Shown one piece after another: positions 39,247 through 54,200 of a stretch of 64,000 nt of DNA. The stretch comes from Auanema rhodensis (lineage: Eukaryota; Animalia; Nematoda), in the NCBI GenBank assembly GCA_964057225.1, contig OZ059897.1, positions 2,542,001-2,606,000 of the forward strand. Reading direction: 5' to 3'. The notes under the pieces were generated by a model that searched no databases, had not been told where the DNA came from, and saw only the letters and a list, made by a program, of their open reading frames with translations. Position 1 is the first letter of the stretch. Each line of letters starts with the position of its first letter. The position numbers and the translations under genes were made by a program.

Positions 39247-42200
39247 AGTATAGTGCATTCGATGCGGATTTTTAAGCTGCGTTGATCTGTGTTATCAGAT
39301 TTGCGCTAGCTTAAAAATGCACCGAGTAATCAACTGATATAGGTTCACACTTATATCCTCGATTTTCACCCTGAAGAAATGATTTTTTCGTTGAAAAACA
39401 TTGTCCATCGTCTTTGTCTTGAAAAAAGGAATCTAAAAACATCTACTTTTTGTGAAATTATTCAGAAATTTTTCGGGAAAATTTTTGTCAAAATGTTTTT
39501 GGAAGCAATGTTGAGTGTACATGGGAACTCAACATACACTAATGCATTATTTTTCAAACGATCATAACTAATTTTTGTATAGAGCGTTTCTCAATGTAGT
39601 ATAGTGCTGTCGATGCGGATTTTTAAGCTGCGTTGATCTGTGTTATCAGATTTGAGTTAGCTTAAAAATGCACCGAGATATCAACTGATATAGGTTCACA
39701 CTTATATCCTCGATTTTCACCCTGAAGAAATGATTTTTTCGTTGAAAAACATTGTCCATCGTATTCGTCTTGAAAAAAGGAATCTAAAAACATCTACTTT
39801 TTGTGAAATTATTTAGAAATTTTTCGGGAAAATTTTTGTCAAAATGTTTTTGGAAGCAATGTTGAGTGTACATGGGAACTCAACATACACTCATGCATTA
39901 TTTTTCAAACGATCATAACTAATTTTTGTTTAGATTGTTTCTCATTGTAGTATAGTGCATTCGATGCGGATTTTTAAGCTGCGTTGATCTGTGTTATCAG
40001 ATTTGAGTTAACTGAAAAATGCACCGAGATATCAACTGATATAGGTTCACACTTATATCCTCGATTTTCACCCTGAAGAAATGATTTTTTCGTTGAATAA
40101 CATTGTCCATCGTCTTCGTCTTGAAAAAAGGAATCTAAAAACATCTACTTTCTGTGAAATTATTTAGAAATTTTTCGGGAAAATTTTTGTCAAAATGTTT
40201 TTGGAAGCAATGTTGAGTGTACATGGGAACTCAACATACACTAATGCATTATTTTTCAAACGATCATAACTAATTTTTGTTTAGATTGTTTCTCATTGTA
40301 GTATAGTGCATTCGATGCGGATTTTTAAGATGCGTTGATCTGTGTTATCAGATTTGAGTTAACTGAAAAATGCACCGAGATATCAACTGATATAGGTTCA
40401 CACTTATATCCTCGATTTTCACCCTGAAGAAATGATTTTTTCGTTGAATAACATTGTCCATCGTCTTCGTCTTGAAAAAAGGAATCTAAAAACATCTACT
40501 TTTTGTGAAATTATTTAGAAATTTTTCGGGAAAATTTTTGTCAAAATGTTTTTGGAAGCAATGTTGAGTGTACATGGGAACTCAACAAACACTAATGCAT
40601 TATTTTTCAAACGATCATAACTAATTTTTGTATGGAGCGTTTTTCAATGTAGTAGAGTGCATTCGATGCGGATTTTTAAGCTGCGTTGATCTGTGTTATC
40701 AGATTTGCGCTAGCTTAAAAATGCACCGAGTAATCAACTGATATAGGTTCACACTTATATCCTCGATTTTCACCCTGAAGAAATGATTTTTTCGTTGAAA
40801 AACATTGTCCATCGTCTTCGTCTTGAAAAAAGGAATCTAAAAACATCTACTTTTTGTGAAATTATTCAGAAATTTTTCGGGAAAATTTTTGTCAAAATGT
40901 TTTTGGAAGCAATGTTGAGTGTACATGGGAACTCAACATACACTAATGCATTATTTTTCAAACGATCATAACTAATTTTTGTATAAAGCGTTTCTCAATG
41001 TAGTATAGTGCTGTCGATGCGGATTTTTAAGCTGCGTTGATCTGTGTTATCAGATTTGAGTTAGCTTAAAAATGCACCGAGATATCAACTGATATATGTT
41101 CACGCTTATATCCTCGATTTTCACACTGAAGAAATGATTTTTTCGTTGAATAACATTGTCCATCGTCTTCGTCTTGAAAAAAGGAATCTAAAAACATCTA
41201 CTTTTTGTGAAATTATTTAGAAATTTTTCGGGAAAATTTTTGTCAAAATGTTTTTGGAAGCAATGTTGAGTGTACATGGGAACTCAGCATACACTAATAC
41301 ATTATTTTTCAAACGATCATAACTAATTTTTGTATAGAGCGTTTCTCAATGTAGTATAGTGCTGTCGATGCGGATTTTTAAGCTGCGTTGATCTGTGTTA
41401 TCAGATTTGAGTTAGCTTAAAAATGCACCGAGATATCAACTGATATATGTTCACGCTTATATCCTCGATTTTCACACTGAAGAAATGATTTTTTCGTTGA
41501 ATAACATTGTCCATCGTCTTCGTCTTGAAAAAAGGAATCTAAAAACATCTACTTTTTGTGAAATTATTTAGAAATTTTTCGGGAAAATTTTTGTCAAAAT
41601 GTTTTTGGAAGCAATGTTGAGTGTACATGGGAACTCAGCATACACTAATACATTATTTTTCGAACGATCATAACTAATTTTTGTATAGAGCGTTTCTCAA
41701 TGTAGTATAGTGCTGTCGATGCGGATTTTTAAGTTGCGTTGATCTGTGTTATCAGATTTGAGTTAGCTTAAAAATGCACCGAGATATCAACTGATATATG
41801 TTCACGCTTATATCCTCGATTTTCACACTGAAGAAATGATTTTTTCGTTGAAAAACATTGTCCATCGTATTCGTCTTGAAAAAAGAAATCTAAAAACATC
41901 TACTTTTTGTGAAATTATTTAGAAATTTTTCGGGAAAATTTTTGTCAAAATGTTTTTGGAAGCAATGTTGAGTGTACATGGGAACTCAACATACACTAAT
42001 GCATTATTTTTCAAACGATCATAACTAATTTTTGTATAGAGCGTTTCTCATTGTAGTATAGTGCATTCGATGCGGATTTTCAAGCTGCGTTGATCTGTGT
42101 TATCAGATTTGAGTTAACTTAAAAATGCACCGAGATATCAACTGATATAGGTTCACACTTGTATCCTCGATTTTCACCCTGAAGAAATGATTTTTTCGTT

Positions 42201-45200
42201 GAAAAACATTGTCCATCGTATTTGTCTTGAAAAAAGGAATCTAAAAACATCTACTTTTTGTGAAATTATTTAGAAATTTTTCGGGAAAATTTTTGTCAAA
42301 ATGTTTTTGGAAGCAATGTTGAGTGTACATGGGAACTCAGCATACACTAATACATTATTTTTCAAACGATCATAACTAATTTTTGTATAGAGCGTTTCTC
42401 AATGTAGTATAGTGCTGTCGATGCGGATTTTTAAGTTGCGTTGATCTGTGTTATCAGATTTGAGTTAGCTTAAAAATGCACCGAGATATCAACTGATATA
42501 TGTTCACGCTTATATCCTCGATTTTCACACTGAAGAAATGATTTTTTCGTTGAAAAACATTGTCCATCGTATTCGTCTTGAAAAAAGAAATCTAAAAACA
42601 TCTACTTTTTGTGAAATTATTTAGAAATTTTTCGGGAAAATTTTTGTCAAAATGTTTTTGGAAGCAATGTTGAGTGTACATGGGAACTCAACATACACTA
42701 ATGCATTATTTTTCAAACGATCATAACTAATTTTTGTATAGAGCGTTTCTCATTGTAGTATAGTGCATTCGATGCGGATTTTTAAGCTGCGTTGATCTGT
42801 GTTATCAGATTTGCGCTAGCTTAAAAATGCACCGAGTAATCAACTGATATAGGTTCACACTTATATCCTCGATTTTCACCCTGAAGAAATGATTTTTTCG
42901 TTGAAAAACATTGTCCATCGTCTTTGTCTTGAAAAAAGGAATCTAAAAACATCTACTTTTTGTGAAATTATTTAGAAATTTTTCGGGAAAATTTTTGTCA
43001 AAATGTTTTTGGAAGCAATGTTGAGTGTACATGGGAACTCAACATACACTAATGCATTATTTTTCAAACGATCATAACTAATTTTTGTATAGAGCGTTTC
43101 TCAATGTAGTATAGTGCATTCGATGCGGATTTTTAAGCTGCGTTGATCTGTGTTATCAGATTTGAGTTAACTTAAAAATGCACCGAGATATCAACTGATA
43201 TAGGTTCACACATATATCCTCGATTTTCACCCTGAAGAAATGATTTTTTCGTTGAAAAACATTGTCCATCGTCTTCGTCTTGAAAAAAGGAATCTAAAAA
43301 CATCTACTTTTTGTGAAATTATTCAGAAATTTTTCGGGAAAATTTTTGTCAAAATGTTTTTGGAAGCAATGTTGAGTGTACATGGGAACTCAACATACAC
43401 TAATGCATTATTTTTCAAACGATCATAACTAATTTTTGTATAAAGCGTTTCTCAATGTAGTATAGTGCTGTCGATGCGGATTTTTAAGCTGCGTTGATCT
43501 GTGTTATCAGATTTGAGTTAGCTTAAAAATGCACCGAGATATCAACTGATATATGTTCACGCTTATATCCTCGATTTTCACACTGAAGAAATGATTTTTT
43601 CGTTGAATAACATTGTCCATCGTCTTCGTCTTGAAAAAAGGAATCTAAAAACATCTACTTTTTGTGAAATTATTTAGAAATTTTTCGGGAAAATTTTTGT
43701 CAAAATGTTTTTGGAAGCAATGTTGAGTGTACATGGGAACTCAGCATACACTAATACATTATTTTTCAAACGATCATAACTAATTTTTGTATAGAGCGTT
43801 TCTCAATGTAGTATAGTGCTGTCGATGCGGATTTTTAAGTTGCGTTGATCTGTGTTATCAGATTTGAGTTAGCTTAAAAATGCACCGAGATATCAACTGA
43901 TATATGTTCACGCTTATATCCTCGATTTTCACACTGAAGAAATGATTTTTTCGTTGAAAAACATTGTCCATCGTATTCGTCTTGAAAAAAGAAATCTAAA
44001 AACATCTACTTTTTGTGAAATTATTTAGAAATTTTTCGGGAAAATTTTTGTCAAAATGTTTTTGGAAGCAATGTTGAGTGTACATGGGAACTCAACATAC
44101 ACTAATGCATTATTTTTCAAACGATCATAACTAATTTTTGTATAGAGCGTTTCTCAATGTAGTATAGTGCTGTCGATGCGGATTTTTAAGCTGCGTTGAT
44201 CTGTGTTATCAGATTTGAGTTAGCTTAAAAATGCACCGAGATATCAACTGATATAGGTTCACACTTATATCCTCGATTTTCACCCTGAAGAAATGATTTT
44301 TTCGTTGAAAAACATTGTCCATCGTATTTGTCTTGAAAAAAGGAATCTAAAAACATCTACTTTTTGTGAAATTATTTAGAAATTTTTCGGGAAAATTTTT
44401 GTCAAAATGTTTTTGGAAGCAATGTTGAGTGTACATGGGAACTCAGCATACACTAATACATTATTTTTCAAACGATCATAACTAATTTTTGTATAGAGCG
44501 TTTCTCAATGTAGTATAGTGCTGTCGATGCGGATTTTTAAGTTGCGTTGATCTGTGTTATCAGATTTGAGTTAGCTTAAAAATGCACCGAGATATCAACT
44601 GATATATGTTCACGCTTATATCCTCGATTTTCACACTGAAGAAATGATTTTTTCGTTGAAAAACATTGTCCATCGTATTCGTCTTGAAAAAAGAAATCTA
44701 AAAACATCTACTTTTTGTGAAATTATTTAGAAATTTTTCGGGAAAATTTTTGTCAAAATGTTTTTGGAAGCAATGTTGAGTGTACATGGGAACTCAACAT
44801 ACACTAATGCATTATTTTTCAAACGATCATAACTAATTTTTGTATAGAGCGTTTCTCATTGTAGTATAGTGCATTCGATGCGGATTTTCAAGCTACGTTG
44901 ATCTGTGTTATCAGATTTGAGTTAACTTAAAAATGCACCGAGATATCAACTGATATAGGTTCACACTTGTATCCTCGATTTTCACCCTGAAGAAATGATT
45001 TTTTCGTTGAAAAACATTGTCCATCGTCTTCGTCTTGAAAAAAGGAATCTAAAAACATCTACTTTTTGTGAAATTATTCAGAAATTTTTCGGGAAAATTT
45101 TTGTCAAAATGTTTTTGGAAGCAATGTTGAGTGTACATGGGAACTCAACATACACTAATGCATTATTTTTCAAACGATCATAACTAATTTTTGTATGGAG

Positions 45201-48200
45201 CGTTTTTCAATGTAGTATAGTGCATTCGATGCGGATTTTTAAGCTGCGTTGATCTGTGTTATCAGATTTGCGCTAGCTTAAAAATGCACCGAGTAATCAA
45301 CTGATATAGGTTCACACTTATATCCTCGATTTTCACCCTGAAGAAATGATTTTTTCGTTGAAAAACATTGTCCATCGTCTTTGTCTTGAAAAAAGGAATC
45401 TAAAAACATCTACTTTTTGTGAAATTATTCAGAAATTTTTCGGGAAAATTTTTGTCAAAATGTTTTTGGAAGCAATGTTGAGTGTACATGGGAACTCAAC
45501 ATACACTAATGCATTATTTTTCAAACGATCATAACTAATTTTTGTATAGAGCGTTTCTCAATGTAGTATAGTGCTGTCGATGCGGATTTTTAAGCTGCGT
45601 TGATCTGTGTTATCAGATTTGAGTTAGCTTAAAAATGCACCGAGATATCAACTGATATAGGTTCACACTTATATCCTCGATTTTCACCCTGAAGAAATGA
45701 TTTTTTCGTTGAAAAACATTGTCCATCGTATTCGTCTTGAAAAAAGGAATCTAAAAACATCTACTTTTTGTGAAATTATTTAGAAATTTTTCGGGAAAAT
45801 TTTTGTCAAAATGTTTTTGGAAGCAATGTTGAGTGTACATGGGAACTCAACATACACTAATGCATTATTTTTCAAACGATCATAACTAATTTTTGTTTAG
45901 ATTGTTTCTCATTGTAGTATAGTGCATTCGATGCGGATTTTTAAGCTGCGTTGATCTGTGTTATCAGATTTGAGTTAACTGAAAAATGCACCGAGATATC
46001 AACTGATATAGGTTCACACTTATATCCTCGATTTTCACCCTGAAGAAATGATTTTTTCGTTGAATAACATTGTCCATCGTCTTCGTCTTGAAAAAAGGAA
46101 TCTAAAAACATCTACTTTCTGTGAAATTATTTAGAAATTTTTCGGGAAAATTTTTGTCAAAATGTTTTTGGAAGCAATGTTGAGTGTACATGGGAACTCA
46201 ACATACACTCATGCATTATTTTTCAAACGATCATAACTAATTTTTGTTTAGATTGTTTCTCATTGTAGTATAGTGCATTCGATGCGGATTTTTAAGCTGC
46301 GTTGATCTGTGTTATCAGATTTGAGTTAACTGAAAAATGCACCGAGATATCAACTGATATAGGTTCACACTTATATCCTCGATTTTCACCCTGAAGAAAT
46401 GATTTTTTCGTTGAATAACATTGTCCATCGTCTTCGTCTTGAAAAAAGGAATCTAAAAACATCTACTTTTTGTGAAATTATTTAGAAATTTTTCGGGAAA
46501 ATTTTTGTCAAAATGTTTTTGGAAGCAATGTTGAGTGTACATGGGAACTCAACATACACTAATGCATTATTTTTCAAACGATCATAACTAATTTTTGTTT
46601 AGATTGTTTCTCATTGTAGTATAGTGCATTCGATGCGGATTTTTAAGATGCGTTGATCTGTGTTATCAGATTTGAGTTAACTGAAAAATGCACCGAGATA
46701 TCAACTGATATAGGTTCACACTTATATCCTCGATTTTCACCCTGAAGAAATGATTTTTTCGTTGAATAACATTGTCCATCGTCTTCGTCTTGAAAAAAGG
46801 AATCTAAAAACATCTACTTTTTGTGAAATTATTTAGAAATTTTTCGGGAAAATTTTTGTCAAAATGTTTTTGGAAGCAATGTTGAGTGTACATGGGAACT
46901 CAACAAACACTAATGCATTATTTTTCAAACGATCATAACTAATTTTTGTATGGAGCGTTTTTCAATGTAGTAGAGTGCATTCGATGCGGATTTTTAAGCT
47001 GCGTTGATCTGTGTTATCAGATTTGCGCTAGCTTAAAAATGCACCGAGTAATCAACTGATATAGGTTCACACTTATATCCTCGATTTTCACCCTGAAGAA
47101 ATGATTTTTTCGTTGAAAAACATTGTCCATCGTCTTCGTCTTGAAAAAAGGAATCTAAAAACATCTACTTTTTGTGAAATTATTTAGAAATTTTTCGGGA
47201 AAATTTTTGTCAAAATGTTTTTGGAAGCAATGTTGAGTGTACATGGGAACTCAACAAACACTAATGCATTATTTTTCAAACGATCATAACTAATTTTTGT
47301 ATGGAGCGTTTTTCAATGTAGTAGAGTGCATTCGATGCGGATTTTTAAGCTGCGTTGATCTGTGTTATCAGATTTGCGCTAGCTTAAAAATGCACCGAGT
47401 AATCAACTGATATAGGTTCACACTTATATCCTCGATTTTCACCCTGAAGAAATGATTTTTTCGTTGAAAAACATTGTCCATCGTCTTCGTCTTGAAAAAA
47501 GGAATCTAAAAACATCTACTTTTTGTGAAATTATTCAGAAATTTTTCGGGAAAATTTTTGTCAAAATGTTTTTGGAAGCAATGTTGAGTGTACATGGGAA
47601 CTCAACATACACTAATGCATTATTTTTCAAACGATCATAACTAATTTTTGTATAAAGCGTTTCTCAATGTAGTATAGTGCTGTCGATGCGGATTTTTAAG
47701 CTGCGTTGATCTGTGTTATCAGATTTGAGTTAGCTTAAAAATGCACCGAGATATCAACTGATATATGTTCACGCTTATATCCTCGATTTTCACACTGAAG
47801 AAATGATTTTTTCGTTGAATAACATTGTCCATCGTCTTCGTCTTGAAAAAAGGAATCTAAAAACATCTACTTTTTGTGAAATTATTTAGAAATTTTTCGG
47901 GAAAATTTTTGTCAAAATGTTTTTGGAAGCAATGTTGAGTGTACATGGGAACTCAGCATACACTAATACATTATTTTTCAAACGATCATAACTAATTTTT
48001 GTATAGAGCGTTTCTCAATGTAGTATAGTGCTGTCGATGCGGATTTTTAAGTTGCGTTGATCTGTGTTATCAGATTTGAGTTAGCTTAAAAATGCACCGA
48101 GTAATCAACTGATATAGGTTCACACTTATATCCTCGATTTTCACCCTGAAGAAATGATTTTTTCGTTGAAAAACATTGTCCATCGTCTTCGTCTTGAAAA

Positions 48201-51200
48201 AAGGAATCTAAAAACATCTACTTTTTGTGAAATTATTCAGAAATTTTTCGGGAAAATTTTTGTCAAAATGTTTTTGGAAGCAATGTTGAGTGTACATGGG
48301 AACTCAACATACACTAATGCATTATTTTTCAAACGATCATAACTAATTTTTGTATAAAGCGTTTCTCAATGTAGTATAGTGCTGTCGATGCGGATTTTTA
48401 AGCTGCGTTGATCTGTGTTATCAGATTTGAGTTAGCTTAAAAATGCACCGAGATATCAACTGATATATGTTCACGCTTATATCCTCGATTTTCACACTGA
48501 AGAAATGATTTTTTCGTTGAATAACATTGTCCATCGTCTTCGTCTTGAAAAAAGGAATCTAAAAACATCTACTTTTTGTGAAATTATTTAGAAATTTTTC
48601 GGGAAAATTTTTGTCAAAATGTTTTTGGAAGCAATGTTGAGTGTACATGGGAACTCAGCATACACTAATACATTATTTTTCAAACGATCATAACTAATTT
48701 TTGTATAGAGCGTTTCTCAATGTAGTATAGTGCTGTCGATGCGGATTTTTAAGTTGCGTTGATCTGTGTTATCAGATTTGAGTTAGCTTAAAAATGCACC
48801 GAGATATCAACTGATATATGTTCACGCTTATATCCTCGATTTTCACACTGAAGAAATGATTTTTTCGTTGAAAAACATTGTCCATCGTATTCGTCTTGAA
48901 AAAAGAAATCTAAAAACATCTACTTTTTGTGAAATTATTTAGAAATTTTTCGGGAAAATTTTTGTCAAAATGTTTTTGGAAGCAATGTTGAGTGTACATG
49001 GGAACTCAACATACACTAATGCATTATTTTTCAAACGATCATAACTAATTTTTGTATAGAGCGTTTCTCATTGTAGTATAGTGCATTCGATGCGGATTTT
49101 CAAGCTGCGTTGATCTGTGTTATCAGATTTGAGTTAACTTAAAAATGCACCGAGATATCAACTGATATAGGTTCACACTTGTATCCTCGATTTTCACCCT
49201 GAAGAAATGATTTTTTCGTTGAAAAACATTGTCCATCGTATTTGTCTTGAAATAAGGAATCTAAAAACATCTACTTTTTGTGAAATTATTTAGAAATTTT
49301 TCGGGAAAATTTTTGTCAAAATGTTTTTGGAAGCAATGTTGAGTGTACATGGGAACTCAGCATACACTAATACATTATTTTTCAAACGATCATAACTAAT
49401 TTTTGTATAGAGCGTTTCTCAATGTAGTATAGTGCTGTCGATGCGGATTTTTAAGTTGCGTTGATCTGTGTTATCAGATTTGAGTTAGCTTAAAAATGCA
49501 CCGAGATATCAACTGATATATGTTCACGCTTATATCCTCGATTTTCACACTGAAGAAATGATTTTTTCGTTGAAAAACATTGTCCATCGTATTCGTCTTG
49601 AAAAAAGAAATCTAAAAACATCTACTTTTTGTGAAATTATTTAGAAATTTTTCGGGAAAATTTTTGTCAAAATGTTTTTGGAAGCAATGTTGAGTGTACA
49701 TGGGAACTCAACATACACTAATGCATTATTTTTCAAACGATCATAACTAATTTTTGTATAGAGCGTTTCTCATTGTAGTATAGTGCATTCGATGCGGATT
49801 TTTAAGCTGCGTTGATCTGTGTTATCAGATTTGCGCTAGCTTAAAAATGCACCGAGTAATCAACTGATATAGGTTCACACTTATATCCTCGATTTTCACC
49901 CTGAAGAAATGATTTTTTCGTTGAAAAACATTGTCCATCGTCTTTGTCTTGAAAAAAGGAATCTAAAAACATCTACTTTTTGTGAAATTATTTAGAAATT
50001 TTTCGGGAAAATTTTTGTCAAAATGTTTTTGGAAGCAATGTTGAGTGTACATGGGAACTCAACATACACTAATGCATTATTTTTCAAACGATCATAACTA
50101 ATTTTTGTATAGAGCGTTTCTCAATGTAGTATAGTGCATTCGATGCGGATTTTTAAGCTGCGTTGATCTGTGTTATCAGATTTGAGTTAACTTAAAAATG
50201 CACCGAGATATCAACTGATATAGGTTCACACATATATCCTCGATTTTCACCCTGAAGAAATGATTTTTTCGTTGAAAAACATTGTCCATCGTCTTCGTCT
50301 TGAAAAAAGGAATCTAAAAACATCTACTTTTTGTGAAATTATTCAGAAATTTTTCGGGAAAATTTTTGTCAAAATGTTTTTGGAAGCAATGTTGAGTGTA
50401 CATGGGAACTCAACATACACTAATGCATTATTTTTCAAACGATCATAACTAATTTTTGTATAAAGCGTTTCTCAATGTAGTATAGTGCTGTCGATGCGGA
50501 TTTTTAAGCTGCGTTGATCTGTGTTATCAGATTTGAGTTAGCTTAAAAATGCACCGAGATATCAACTGATATATGTTCACGCTTATATCCTCGATTTTCA
50601 CACTGAAGAAATGATTTTTTCGTTGAATAACATTGTCCATCGTCTTCGTCTTGAAAAAAGGAATCTAAAAACATCTACTTTTTGTGAAATTATTTAGAAA
50701 TTTTTCGGGAAAATTTTTGTCAAAATGTTTTTGGAAGCAATGTTGAGTGTACATGGGAACTCAGCATACACTAATACATTATTTTTCAAACGATCATAAC
50801 TAATTTTTGTATAGAGCGTTTCTCAATGTAGTATAGTGCTGTCGATGCGGATTTTTAAGTTGCGTTGATCTGTGTTATCAGATTTGAGTTAGCTTAAAAA
50901 TGCACCGAGATATCAACTGATATATGTTCACGCTTATATCCTCGATTTTCACACTGAAGAAATGATTTTTTCGTTGAAAAACATTGTCCATCGTATTCGT
51001 CTTGAAAAAAGAAATCTAAAAACATCTACTTTTTGTGAAATTATTTAGAAATTTTTCGGGAAAATTTTTGTCAAAATGTTTTTGGAAGCAATGTTGAGTG
51101 TACATGGGAACTCAACATACACTAATGCATTATTTTTCAAACGATCATAACTAATTTTTGTATAGAGCGTTTCTCATTGTAGTATAGTGCATTCGATGCG

Positions 51201-54200
51201 GATTTTCAAGCTGCGTTGATCTGTGTTATCAGATTTGAGTTAACTTAAAAATGCACCGAGATATCAACTGATATAGGTTCACACTTGTATCCTCGATTTT
51301 CACCCTGAAGAAATGATTTTTTCGTTGAAAAACATTGTCCATCGTATTTGTCTTGAAAAAAGGAATCTAAAAACATCTATTTTTTGTGAAATTATTTAGA
51401 AATTTTTCGGGAAAATTTTTGTCAAAATGTTTTTGGAAGCAATGTTGAGTGTACATGGGAACTCAGCATACACTAATACATTATTTTTCAAACGATCATA
51501 ACTAATTTTTGTATAGAGCGTTTCTCAATGTAGTATAGTGCTGTCGATGCGGATTTTTAAGTTGCGTTGATCTGTGTTATCAGATTTGAGTTAGCTTAAA
51601 AATGCACCGAGATATCAACTGATATATGTTCACGCTTATATCCTCGATTTTCACACTGAAGAAATGATTTTTTCGTTGAAAAACATTGTCCATCGTATTC
51701 GTCTTGAAAAAAGAAATCTAAAAACATCTACTTTTTGTGAAATTATTTAGAAATTTTTCGGGAAAATTTTTGTCAAAATGTTTTTGGAAGCAATGTTGAG
51801 TGTACATGGGAACTCAACATACACTAATGCATTATTTTTCAAACGATCATAACTAATTTTTGTATAGAGCGTTTCTCATTGTAGTATAGTGCATTCGATG
51901 CGGATTTTCAAGCTACGTTGATCTGTGTTATCAGATTTGAGTTAACTTAAAAATGCACCGAGATATCAACTGATATAGGTTCACACTTGTATCCTCGATT
52001 TTCACCCTGAAGAAATGATTTTTTCGTTGAAAAACATTGTCCATCGTCTTCGTCTTGAAAAAAGGAATCTAAAAACATCTACTTTTTGTGAAATTATTCA
52101 GAAATTTTTCGGGAAAATTTTTGTCAAAATGTTTTTGGAAGCAATGTTGAGTGTACATGGGAACTCAACATACACTAATGCATTATTTTTCAAACGATCA
52201 TAACTAATTTTTGTATGGAGCGTTTTTCAATGTAGTATAGTGCATTCGATGCGGATTTTTAAGCTGCGTTGATCTGTGTTATCAGATTTGCGCTAGCTTA
52301 AAAATGCACCGAGTAATCAACTGATATAGGTTCACACTTATATCCTCGATTTTCACCCTGAAGAAATGATTTTTTCGTTGAAAAACATTGTCCATCGTCT
52401 TTGTCTTGAAAAAAGGAATCTAAAAACATCTACTTTTTGTGAAATTATTCAGAAATTTTTCGGGAAAATTTTTGTCAAAATGTTTTTGGAAGCAATGTTG
52501 AGTGTACATGGGAACTCAACATACACTAATGCATTATTTTTCAAACGATCAAAACTAATTTTTGTATAGAGCGTTTCTCAATGTAGTATAGTGCTGTCGA
52601 TGCGGATTTTTAAGCTGCGTTGATCTGTGTTATCAGATTTGAGTTAGCTTAAAAATGCACCGAGATATCAAATGATATAGGTTCACACTTATATCCTCGA
52701 TTTTCACCCTGAAGAAATGATTTTTTCGTTGAAAAACATTGTCCATCGTATTCGTCTTGAAAAAAGGAATCTAAAAACATCTACTTTTTGTGAAATTATT
52801 TAGAAATTTTTCGGGAAAATTTTTGTCAAAATGTTTTTGGAAGCAATGTTGAGTGTACATGGGAACTCAACATACACTAATGCATTATTTTTCAAACGAT
52901 CATAACTAATTTTTGTTTAGATTGTTTCTCATTGTAGTATAGTGCATTCGATGCGGATTTTTAAGCTGCGTTGATCTGTGTTATCAGATTTGAGTTAACT
53001 GAAAAATGCACCGAGATATCAACTGATATAGGTTCACACTTATATCCTCGATTTTTACCCTGAAGAAATGATTTTTTCGTTGAATAACATTGTCCATCGT
53101 CTTCGTCTTGAAAAAAGGAATCTAAAAACATCTACTTTCTGTGAAATTATTTAGAAATTTTTCGGGAAAATTTTTGTCAAAATGTTTTTGGAAGCAATGT
53201 TGAGTGTACATGGGAACTCAACATACACTAATGCATTATTTTTCAAACGATCATAACTAATTTTTGTTTAGATTGTTTCTCATTGTAGTATAGTGCATTC
53301 GATGCGGATTTTTAAGATGCGTTGATCTGTGTTATCAGATTTGAGTTAACTGAAAAATGCACCGAGATATCAACTGATATAGGTTCACACTTATATCCTC
53401 GATTTTCACCCTGAAGAAATGATTTTTTCGTTGAATAACATTGTCCATCGTCTTCGTCTTGAAAAAAGGAATCTAAAAACATCTACTTTTTGTGAAATTA
53501 TTTAGAAATTTTTCGGGAAAATTTTTGTCAAAATGTTTTTGGAAGCAATGTTGAGTGTACATGGGAACTCAACAAACACTAATGCATTATTTTTCAAACG
53601 ATCATAACTAATTTTTGTATGGAGCGTTTTTCAATGTAGTAGAGTGCATTCGATGCGGATTTTTAAGCTGCGTTGATCTGTGTTATCAGATTTGCGCTAG
53701 CTTAAAAATGCACCGAGTAATCAACTGATATAGGTTCACACTTATATCCTCGATTTTCACCCTGAAGAAATGATTTTTTCGTTGAAAAACATTGTCCATC
53801 GTCTTCGTCTTGAAAAAAGGAATCTAAAAACATCTACTTTTTGTGAAATTATTCAGAAATTTTTCGGGAAAATTTTTGTCAAAATGTTTTTGGAAGCAAT
53901 GTTGAGTGTACATGGGAACTCAACATACACTAATGCATTATTTTTCAAACGATCATAACTAATTTTTGTATAAAGCGTTTCTCAATGTAGTATAGTGCTG
54001 TCGATGCGGATTTTTAAGCTGCGTTGATCTGTGTTATCAGATTTGAGTTAGCTTAAAAATGCACCGAGATATCAACTGATATATGTTCACGCTTATATCC
54101 TCGATTTTCACACTGAAGAAATGATTTTTTCGTTGAATAACATTGTCCATCGTCTTCGTCTTGAAAAAAGGAATCTAAAAACATCTACTTTTTGTGAAAT